Origin: a virus
Taxonomy: Duplodnaviria > Caudoviricetes
Reading direction: 5' to 3' (one strand)
Length of the DNA stretch: 32,267 nt
Virus record (IMG/VR): IMGVR_UViG_3300030099_007882
Coordinates: 1-32,267 of that record
Below, piece by piece: positions 8,086 through 15,761 of this stretch (its first letter is position 1; every line of letters begins with the position of its first letter). The notes below the pieces were generated by a model. The model saw only the letters and a program-made list of their open reading frames with translations, was not told the origin of the DNA and did no database searches. A program made the translations under genes and the position numbers.

Positions 8086-10627
8086 TTATGAAGGCTATCA
8101 AACGCCGTTTCCAGTAGGGGTAAAACTTCCTGAAATTAAAATAGAAAAAAAATATTACGACGAGGTTTCTTGTGGAGACCTGGAAGATAACTTTCAATTC
8201 CTTAGAAAGCTTTGCTTCAAAAGGTTAACAGAAAAGGGGATTGATAAGCTAGAAAATTGTCAGGTTTATTATGACCGTTTAAAAGAAGAGCTTGGGGCTT
8301 TCCAAGAGTTGGGTTTTGTTGATTACATACTCCTGAACTGGGATATAATGAATTTCTGCAAAGAAAACGATATACCCACTGGAGCAGGGCGCGGTAGCGC
8401 AGCGGGTTCGTTAGTTCTGTATGTTATAGGCGTTACAAATATTGACCCTATAGAATATGATTTGTTTTTTGAGCGCTTTGTTTCCAAAAGTCGCGCTAGA
8501 AAGATTGAGCATGATGGCGAGATTTATCTAGATGGAAGCCTGTTAGCTGATGTAGACAACGATATTTCCTATGATCGTCGCGCTGAAGTTATTGAATACA
8601 TAGAGAAAAAATACAAAGGCAAAACCTCTAAAATTTTGACACTAAATACTCTTAGCGGAAAGCTTTGTATGAAGGAGTGCGGTAAAATAGTGGAAGAACT
8701 CTCGGAGGTGGATGTCAATCAAATAAGCCACACCATTCCAAAGCATTTTGGCAAAGTCGCGAAACTAGATGTGGCATATGAAGAGAGCGAAAGTTTTAAG
8801 GCGTATGCCGACAAATACCCAAAAGTATTTCGTATTGCTAAAAAACTAGAGGGCTTAAATAAGAACACAGGGGTACACCCCTCGGGTATTTCTATCTCAT
8901 ATTACCCACTCGACGAAATCATGCCACTCCAAACAACGAATGATGGATCTCTGATTTCGGGTTATGATATGAACGATGTCGCCAGTTTAAGCGTAAAGTT
9001 CGACATTTTAGGTCTAAGGACACTTTCTGTTGTTTATGATGTTTGTAAACAGATAGGCATAGACTCCTCTCAGATTAACCCTCACGACCCTTCAATATAC
9101 ACAGCATTAGCTTCATTACGCTCGCCTCAGGGACTCTTCCAGATCGAGGCTGAGACTAATTTTAAAGTGTGCCAGTTGATTGCGCCACAAAACCTTGAGC
9201 AGCTTTCTGCTGTGGTTGCTATTGCAAGACCTGGAGCGTTAGAGTTCAAGGATAATTATCGCGATTATGTAAGAACTGGCGAGTTCCAGTCTGTTCATGA
9301 ATTTTTTGACGATATTTTAAGCTATACTGGTGGTATTCCTCTTTATCAGGAACAGTTAATGAAAATGGCTGTAAAAGTTGGCTTTAGTCTTGATGAATCA
9401 GAGCAATTGAGGCGCATTGTTGGCAAGAAAAAAGTCGATCAAATGCCAGCTTGGAAAGCCAAAATTGAAGAGAAGGTTAAAGAAAATAATCTCGACGGCG
9501 CAGTTGGTGAAGTGTTGTGGAAAGTCGCGGAGGACTCGGCAAACTATTCCTTTAACAAGTCGCACTCGATTAGTTACGCTTACTTAGCAGCAATTACTGT
9601 TTATCTTAAATTTAACCACCCACAAGAGTTCTTTTTAAGCCTTTTAAAATACACTAAGTTTGAACCTAATTCCCATGAAGAGATCGCTAGGATTTCTCAA
9701 GAGCTAAGCCATTTTGATATCAAACTATTGCCTCCCGACTTAAATAAGTCCGATATCGATTTCAAAATTGAAGGCAAGGATATTCGCTATGGACTAAATT
9801 CAATTAAGGGTGTATCTGATAAGGTTTTACAAGCGCTTTTAGAGTTCAGAGAGGACTCCTTTGACAACAAGTATGAGGTCTTCTTGTCTGCAAAGCAGGC
9901 TGGACTGAACATAGGCACACTCTCAGCACTCATACAGGCGGGTTTACTAGACTCGTTTGTTTCAAGCAATAGATGTAGGTTAGTTTTAGAGGCTCAAACT
10001 TTTAATATACTAACAGATCGCGAAAAGCGTAATTTTGTAGAATTAGGTGAAAAATACAATTACGACATCCTTGCTGCGGTTCATGAGTCTTTTAAAACAG
10101 AGGCGGTCGGAGACGATAATCGTAAATTATTTACAGATAAAAGATTTTCTACCTTCAGAAAGAAATATGACCCTTATAAAAATATTTATGAGATGAATAA
10201 AACGCACATTAAATATGCGAATTGGTTTTTTGAAGAGAAATTGTTGGGATATAGCTATTCATATAATGTTAGGCAAGTTTTTAACCATGAGGACGATTTT
10301 CACTCATCGGAGGCGATAAAAGACAGAGAAAATAGAAGCAATGTAAAGTTTGTTGGTTCTGTTGTAGACATCATTCGCAGAACTAGCCGAAATAACAACA
10401 AGTATGCCAGAATGCAACTTCAAGACGAGTGCGGTGTAGTTAACGGATTATTTCTTGACGGAGAGAGAGAGGCAAGATTAACAAATTACCTTGATTCAGG
10501 TAAAAAATTACCCAAAAAAGGCGAAGTTGTGATAATTTATGGCTCCAAGGGTGATGATGTAGTTTTTATTGATAAAATTTTTCCACTCAAAGACAAAATC
10601 TACATGAAGCTATCTGAGCTTAAATAG
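8072..10627 (+). CDS. dnaE: DNA polymerase III alpha catalytic subunit lacking the PHP domain
   Basis: GAGRGSAAGSLV, FERF, catalytic ADVDND, GVHPSG, KFDILGLRTL, YQEQLM, YSFNKSHSISYA, C-terminal OB-fold-like region. Confidence 0.95.
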   Translation: MTKSNYEGYQTPFPVGVKLPEIKIEKKYYDEVSCGDLEDNFQFLRKLCFKRLTEKGIDKLENCQVYYDRLKEELGAFQELGFVDYILLNWDIMNFCKENDIPTGAGRGSAAGSLVLYVIGVTNIDPIEYDLFFERFVSKSRARKIEHDGEIYLDGSLLADVDNDISYDRRAEVIEYIEKKYKGKTSKILTLNTLSGKLCMKECGKIVEELSEVDVNQISHTIPKHFGKVAKLDVAYEESESFKAYADKYPKVFRIAKKLEGLNKNTGVHPSGISISYYPLDEIMPLQTTNDGSLISGYDMNDVASLSVKFDILGLRTLSVVYDVCKQIGIDSSQINPHDPSIYTALASLRSPQGLFQIEAETNFKVCQLIAPQNLEQLSAVVAIARPGALEFKDNYRDYVRTGEFQSVHEFFDDILSYTGGIPLYQEQLMKMAVKVGFSLDESEQLRRIVGKKKVDQMPAWKAKIEEKVKENNLDGAVGEVLWKVAEDSANYSFNKSHSISYAYLAAITVYLKFNHPQEFFLSLLKYTKFEPNSHEEIARISQELSHFDIKLLPPDLNKSDIDFKIEGKDIRYGLNSIKGVSDKVLQALLEFREDSFDNKYEVFLSAKQAGLNIGTLSALIQAGLLDSFVSSNRCRLVLEAQTFNILTDREKRNFVELGEKYNYDILAAVHESFKTEAVGDDNRKLFTDKRFSTFRKKYDPYKNIYEMNKTHIKYANWFFEEKLLGYSYSYNVRQVFNHEDDFHSSEAIKDRENRSNVKFVGSVVDIIRRTSRNNNKYARMQLQDECGVVNGLFLDGEREARLTNYLDSGKKLPKKGEVVIIYGSKGDDVVFIDKIFPLKDKIYMKLSELK

Positions 10628-10638
10628 TGTAAACAAAT

Positions 10639-13065
10639 ATGATGGGTCTAACCGATTTTAACCTTACCCCCAAAGCTAAAAAGGGATTTAAAGATGCCCA
10701 AAAGTTTGCGGAGGCAAATGGACACTCAATAATTACAAACGCGCACTTAATTTATGGCTGTTTGGTAAACATTTCAGATAGCTGCGCCGTGAAGCTAAAA
10801 ACTTATGGTGTGCCTTTAGATTTAAAGACGTATATCGGCCACTTTAAAAAGTATTCTGCCGATAACAAAGACGAATTCAAAGGCAAAAAGGGTGCGGGCG
10901 CATGGCATGACGAGGTGAACAAGGCCGTGTTTTTTGCAAAAGAGTTTTCTGATAATTTTGACAGTTACTTTATAAGTGTAGAACATCTTCTGTTCATTGT
11001 TTTTGACATGGGAGGTCCCTTTGTAGAGTATTTACGCGAAAACGGCTCAGATGTTTATTATGCTAAAGACATTATAGAGGGTCATATCTTAGAAAGCAGT
11101 ATTCCGCAGCATGAAACGATAAAGAAGCTCTTGAGTGTGGAGGGCAAGCCTAAGGAGCGCAGGCCAGAGCCAGAGACGACTGTAGATAATTTATCGCGTT
11201 ATGCTATAAATATGAATCATGAGTTTATTACAAAAAGGAATTCAAAAATTTCAGGAAGAGACGCCGAAACCAGCGAATTAGTTGAGATTTTATCAAAAAG
11301 AAACAAAAGTAACGCAATTTTAGTTGGGGAAGCTGGCGTCGGAAAGACTGCAATTGTCGAGGGTTTAGCCCAGCGAATAGTTAACCAAGAAGTTCCAGCA
11401 CACATGTCATTGATGCAGGTATTGTGTGTTGATATTAGCGCCATGATTGCTGGAACCAAGTATCGAGGTGAGTTTGAGGAAAGGTTCAAAGCCTTAATAC
11501 TTGAGGCTGAAAAAGATCCCAATATCATCCTGTTTTTCGATGAGGTTCACACAATTATAGGGGCAGGCAACTCTGAAGGCTCTATAGATGCGTCTAACAT
11601 GCTTAAGCCAGCATTAGCTAGGGGTGCGATCAAGTGTATAGGTGCAACTACTCTACAAGAGTACAAAAAATTCTTTGAAAAGGATTCAGCTATGAAGCGC
11701 CGCTTTGACAAAATAGAGGTTAGTGAACCCTCCCTTGAGCAAACAAAGCAGATAGTCATGAAAACGCTACCGTTTTACGAGAGTTTTCACCACGTTAAAT
11801 ACACTGAGGCTGATGTCGATCATATCATTGATTTATGCGATAAATTTTTAACCCACAAAAGATTTCCCGATAAGGCTTTTGATGTGATAGATCAGTTGGG
11901 CGCTAAAACTAAAATTAAGTATAAGACCGTGCCGCCAAAGGTAGAGGAGGCTCGACAAAAATTTTGTAACCTTTTAAAAAATACCGAAGAGCAAGATTCT
12001 TTAAATGAATCTCAATTTACAGAAATGCTCAAAGACTACATTGAAACAATGGCTCGTTTTGGTCAGAAAAAGGGGCGCAGCCAAAAGGTTAGGTATGCCG
12101 ATATTGTCAATGTAATTGTAGAAAAAACTGGGCTTTCTAAAAAAACTGTTTCCAAAAATAACTCATCATTCTCCAAGTTTTCTAAGGAGATAGGTAAGGA
12201 GGTGTTTGGTCAAGAACAAAATTTGCAAGTTATTCACGATGCACTTTCCTGTGTTAAGGCTGGCCTAAATGATCCAGTTAAGCCGTTATCTAATTTTCTA
12301 TTTGTTGGAGGGACAAGTGTGGGAAAAACTTTTACCGCAAAAAAAATTGCCAAATACTTTTACGGCAATGAAAAGTCCTTTATTCAGCTTAACATGAGTG
12401 AATACCAAGACAAAACGGGCATCTCAAAACTCATTGGAGCAAATGCTGGATATGTAGGCTATGAAGAGGGTGGACTATTAACTGAGTTTGTTCGCAATAA
12501 TCCTAATTGCGTTGTGCTATTTGACGAGGTTGAAAAATGCGATCCAAAAATTCTAGATTTACTGTTGCACATCTTGGACGAGGGCTACGCTACAGATAAT
12601 TTAAATAGACACATTGATTTCAGCAAAAGCATCGTCGTAATGACCACGAATATAGGCCACGCAGAGAAATCAAAGAGGAGTATGGGTTTTTTACCTGATA
12701 AACCCCAAGATGAAGATATTTATAAAAAATCTTTAAAAAAATATTTACGACCCGAATTGATATCACGCATAGATGAGATTCTATTTTTCAACGATCTTAA
12801 TGATAAGCATTTGTTGAAAATAATAGAGGCAGAATTGATGAAAATCCAAGATCGTTTGAGCGAAAGAAATATCACGTTTACACTTTCGGCATCTTTAAAA
12901 AATCACGTTTTACAACAGATTAAAGATAAAAATCAAAACGCTAGGAATATTAAAAATGTTATAAAAACGCTAGTGCAAGTGCCACTTTCTGAATTTATAA
13001 TAAAAAACCAAAACATTGAAAAAATTTCAACCAAAATAATTGACAAACAGCTAGTTTTGAGTTAG
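10639..13065 (+). CDS. ClpA/ClpC-type AAA+ unfoldase
   Basis: Clp N-terminal repeats; D1 GEAGVGKT, AGTKYRGEFEER, LFFDEVH, FPDKAFD; D2 GGTSVGKT, GYVGY, LFDEVEK; SMGF loop; RPELISRID. Confidence 0.93.
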   Translation: MMGLTDFNLTPKAKKGFKDAQKFAEANGHSIITNAHLIYGCLVNISDSCAVKLKTYGVPLDLKTYIGHFKKYSADNKDEFKGKKGAGAWHDEVNKAVFFAKEFSDNFDSYFISVEHLLFIVFDMGGPFVEYLRENGSDVYYAKDIIEGHILESSIPQHETIKKLLSVEGKPKERRPEPETTVDNLSRYAINMNHEFITKRNSKISGRDAETSELVEILSKRNKSNAILVGEAGVGKTAIVEGLAQRIVNQEVPAHMSLMQVLCVDISAMIAGTKYRGEFEERFKALILEAEKDPNIILFFDEVHTIIGAGNSEGSIDASNMLKPALARGAIKCIGATTLQEYKKFFEKDSAMKRRFDKIEVSEPSLEQTKQIVMKTLPFYESFHHVKYTEADVDHIIDLCDKFLTHKRFPDKAFDVIDQLGAKTKIKYKTVPPKVEEARQKFCNLLKNTEEQDSLNESQFTEMLKDYIETMARFGQKKGRSQKVRYADIVNVIVEKTGLSKKTVSKNNSSFSKFSKEIGKEVFGQEQNLQVIHDALSCVKAGLNDPVKPLSNFLFVGGTSVGKTFTAKKIAKYFYGNEKSFIQLNMSEYQDKTGISKLIGANAGYVGYEEGGLLTEFVRNNPNCVVLFDEVEKCDPKILDLLLHILDEGYATDNLNRHIDFSKSIVVMTTNIGHAEKSKRSMGFLPDKPQDEDIYKKSLKKYLRPELISRIDEILFFNDLNDKHLLKIIEAELMKIQDRLSERNITFTLSASLKNHVLQQIKDKNQNARNIKNVIKTLVQVPLSEFIIKNQNIEKISTKIIDKQLVLS

Positions 13066-13068
13066 TAT
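13040..13068 (+). promoter_or_regulatory. Sigma70-like promoter, leaderless
   Basis: TTGACA (13040-13045), N17, TAGTAT (13063-13068), N6, ATG at 13075. Confidence 0.7.
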
Positions 13069-13074
13069 TACGTT

Positions 13075-13302
13075 ATGAAGAGAAAAGTCAATAATAAGGT
13101 AATGAGAGCCATTCGAGCCAGCAAGGGTAGATTTTTTGGCCTATATACAACACAGGGCGAGAGCATGAATGCACAGTTTGGAGGCGAAACCGACAATTAT
13201 ATCCATGTTTATGATCGCAACGCAGGAGTTGATCGCAAGCTTGCTAAGACAAGCATTTGCGGTGTACGTCTTGCCCAACAAAAATTTGGCAAGACTTTCT
13301 AG
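13075..13302 (+). CDS. Small basic protein with a possible Sm/Hfq-like or WYL/SH3-like barrel
   Basis: 75 aa, with its own promoter and terminator. N-terminal helix followed by a five-strand pattern. The fold call is tentative. Confidence 0.7.
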   Translation: MKRKVNNKVMRAIRASKGRFFGLYTTQGESMNAQFGGETDNYIHVYDRNAGVDRKLAKTSICGVRLAQQKFGKTF

Positions 13303-13364
13303 GTCGGACTAGGCAGTGTTGTTGAAAACGGGGGGAGCATGGCGCACTCAATCCTCCCATTTCG

Positions 13365-13396
13365 CTAACCCCCTTGAAAAAGGGGGTTAGTTTTTT
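13365..13396 (+). terminator. Rho-independent terminator
   Basis: Perfect 11-bp stem CTAACCCCCTT / AAGGGGGTTAG with a GAAA loop, followed by TTTTTT. Confidence 0.9.
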
Positions 13397-13401
13397 ATTA
13401 T
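13374..13401 (+). promoter_or_regulatory. Sigma70-like promoter overlapping the terminator, leaderless
   Basis: TTGAAA (13374-13379), N16, TATTAT (13396-13401), N5, ATG at 13407. Confidence 0.55.
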
Positions 13402-13406
13402 ATGTG

Positions 13407-14471
13407 ATGAAAATTTCTTCTTTATTCAGGGGTAGGGCTTATGTCATGGGTACAGATGACCGATTAAAGGATGATGAAAGATTCATTACTGAGCTATTTA
13501 AAAAAATAGACATAAATATATCGCCCCAGCAGGTGAGATTATTAATTTGCCATAATGACTACGATGATTATGAAGTCAGAGATGACCAAGGTCGTTTTTT
13601 GAGGGTAAAAATTTCTTTTGAGAAGGACAGCCCCTTTTTAAAACGCGAGTCAAACAATTTAAAATCGGCCCAGTCGCCTGTTTGCGGATATTGGCTGGCC
13701 AGTGGCAATGTGAAATTTGGTGATGATTTCTCATATCTTCTTTGTGGCTTCCGCCCTTCGGAAACTGCGAGGGAAATTGGCCGCTCGGTCCTACTCTCCG
13801 AGCATCAGACTCTTTTTGATTGCTATAGACAATTTCAGCAGACAAAACCTATTAAAAGGCATTATAAAACAGTTTTTAAGCAGGACATTGATCAAGGCAA
13901 TCTTAAAAGGGTCTTGTCCAAAGAGGAAAAAGAAAGAGTAGAAGCTTATACTGACTACAATACGCTGCAATCGTTAGTTTTAGAATTTGGCAAACAAGCC
14001 TCGAACTTATTACCCGAGATAAGTCCAGAGAGTAGAAAAAAGTGCCATGGTAAATTATCACCAGATTCTATATTTTGGGGTGGCGATAATTTTTATTTCG
14101 ATACCCTATATAACAATTGCATGGGTCACCCATTTGTTGATTTCATTGAGTTAATGCTAGAGTCTGGATTCTCTAGAGATCACGAAAAACATCTTTTGCC
14201 AGTTTTTTGTGAATACATAGGGGTAGAACTCGATATGCGATTATATCAAAAATTTTATAATTGTTTAATGCGGAAAAAAATAGCAGATCTCATCAGCGCC
14301 TATATCTACGAAGTTTATTTGTTTAATTCCTATAGAGTTAATCGAATTTTGGATGTAGCCGACACTTTTTCACACTGTTACGAAAGATTTCGTTCAGTCC
14401 CCCTATTCGAAGATAATAGAGAATTTGTCCTGAAAACGCTCACAGAGCCAATTTTAGGTGTAAAAGCTTAA
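13407..14471 (+). CDS. APH/choline-kinase-fold protein with a degenerate catalytic loop
   Basis: LRVKIS...LKRE (beta3 Lys, alphaC Glu); CHGKLSPDSI at the HGDLxxxN position; MGHPFVDF (GxPxxD). Start moved to ATG 13407. Confidence 0.6.
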   Translation: MKISSLFRGRAYVMGTDDRLKDDERFITELFKKIDINISPQQVRLLICHNDYDDYEVRDDQGRFLRVKISFEKDSPFLKRESNNLKSAQSPVCGYWLASGNVKFGDDFSYLLCGFRPSETAREIGRSVLLSEHQTLFDCYRQFQQTKPIKRHYKTVFKQDIDQGNLKRVLSKEEKERVEAYTDYNTLQSLVLEFGKQASNLLPEISPESRKKCHGKLSPDSIFWGGDNFYFDTLYNNCMGHPFVDFIELMLESGFSRDHEKHLLPVFCEYIGVELDMRLYQKFYNCLMRKKIADLISAYIYEVYLFNSYRVNRILDVADTFSHCYERFRSVPLFEDNREFVLKTLTEPILGVKA

Positions 14472-14474
14472 TAT

Positions 14475-15758
14475 ATGCCACTTCCAAACCCAAATAACGG
14501 AGAAAAGTATTCTAAATTTATGGATCGCTGTATGATGGAGTTATCCAATAAGGATGAATTTAAAGACAATAAGCAAAGAGCCGCCGTGTGCTACTCTCAA
14601 TTCAACAAGGATCGTTCCACGGCATCTGTTATCGTTGGTGAGGGAGATTCAGAGACTTTATTCTTCTCTCGATCAGCCAACGAGAATAAAACTTTGAACA
14701 AGCCATTCAGAACGCCAAAGGGACCAAAGAAATTCTCTGTCTATGTTAAAAATGATAAAGGGAATGTCGTTAAGGTTAATTTTGGCGACCCCAATATGGA
14801 AATTAAACGCGATGACCCAAAGCGTCGAAAGGCATTTAGGGATCGGCACAATTGCGACACAGCAAAGGATAAAACTTCTGCTAGATATTGGTCATGTCGC
14901 ATGTGGAGCGCCAAGAGCGTGACTAATATAACCAAGGGTTCTGAAGAATACGACTGGGATGGTGAAAGCGTGTTTGATCACAACGAGCTATTAGCCATTA
15001 ATCCATCTTTAGCAGACGTACCTGAAGTTGCGGAAGACGTATCAGAGGCAGCAAAGCGTCCAGGTCGCAAAAGTGGCGCTCAAACTCCTGCCGCTCCAAG
15101 CGAAAGAAAAAGAGGCTCAAAGAAAAACCCAAAGGGTAGCGCTGGCGAAAAAGGAGGTAAGATTACATTTAGTGAAAAAACGACTAACGCCTTAAAAGAA
15201 AAGGTAAAAGAGCATAATTCTAAACACTCTAAAAAAGTAACACTTGGGCAGCTTAAGAAAGTCTACAGGAGAGGCTCTGGCGCTTTTAGCACTTCACATA
15301 GGCCAAACATGTCTAGGCATGGCTGGGCAATGGCTCGCGTAAATATGTTTCTTAAAATGATGAGGGGCGGCAAAGTAAAAGATTCCTACAGAAAGGCTGA
15401 TCAAGATATCGCTTCAGCATCCAATACAAACTGGGCGGCAGAAGCGATGTCCTCTCTTTGGGAAAATATAAGAAAGAAGAAGGAGAGGATGGGCAAGAAT
15501 TATACGCCAGCTAAACCTGGGGATAAGGATAGGCCAAGCCAAGAAGCCTTGAAAAGAGCGCAGGGCGCTCCTGATGTAATGCAACATTACTTCGAGACAA
15601 AAGAAGAAGCCCTAAAGGACGCTAAAAAACTTGGGTTTGATGGCATACACAGCCATAAAACAGAAGAAGGTAAAACCCTATACATGGCTGGCCCAAACCA
15701 TGAGGCTTTTATGAAGCGCCACAAAGAGGTGCTTAAAGAGAAACAAAAGAAAAAATAG
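14475..15758 (+). CDS. Basic multi-module phage protein containing a DUF6321-like domain
   Basis: LNKPFRTPKGPKKFSVYV...VNFGDPNM...RHNC...RYWSCRMW, plus other short modules recurrent in phage proteins (MPLP..RCM..QRAAVCYSQ; VYRRG.GAFSTSHRP..WAMARVN). Confidence 0.7.
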   Translation: MPLPNPNNGEKYSKFMDRCMMELSNKDEFKDNKQRAAVCYSQFNKDRSTASVIVGEGDSETLFFSRSANENKTLNKPFRTPKGPKKFSVYVKNDKGNVVKVNFGDPNMEIKRDDPKRRKAFRDRHNCDTAKDKTSARYWSCRMWSAKSVTNITKGSEEYDWDGESVFDHNELLAINPSLADVPEVAEDVSEAAKRPGRKSGAQTPAAPSERKRGSKKNPKGSAGEKGGKITFSEKTTNALKEKVKEHNSKHSKKVTLGQLKKVYRRGSGAFSTSHRPNMSRHGWAMARVNMFLKMMRGGKVKDSYRKADQDIASASNTNWAAEAMSSLWENIRKKKERMGKNYTPAKPGDKDRPSQEALKRAQGAPDVMQHYFETKEEALKDAKKLGFDGIHSHKTEEGKTLYMAGPNHEAFMKRHKEVLKEKQKKK

Positions 15759-15761
15759 GGC

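Noticed and set aside
6379-10627. Split intein or intron explaining the fragmented DnaE
   Set aside because: No intein terminal motifs or homing endonuclease recognised; the intervening DNA is fully occupied by two ordinary overlapping ORFs.
13303-13364. tRNA or known riboswitch in the GC-rich intergenic gap
   Set aside because: No cloverleaf, T-loop or aptamer consensus recognised; kept only as an unassigned hairpin.
13374-13406. ORF-track TTG start at 13374
   Set aside because: It lies within the terminator hairpin and predicted -35; ATG 13407 fits the promoter geometry.
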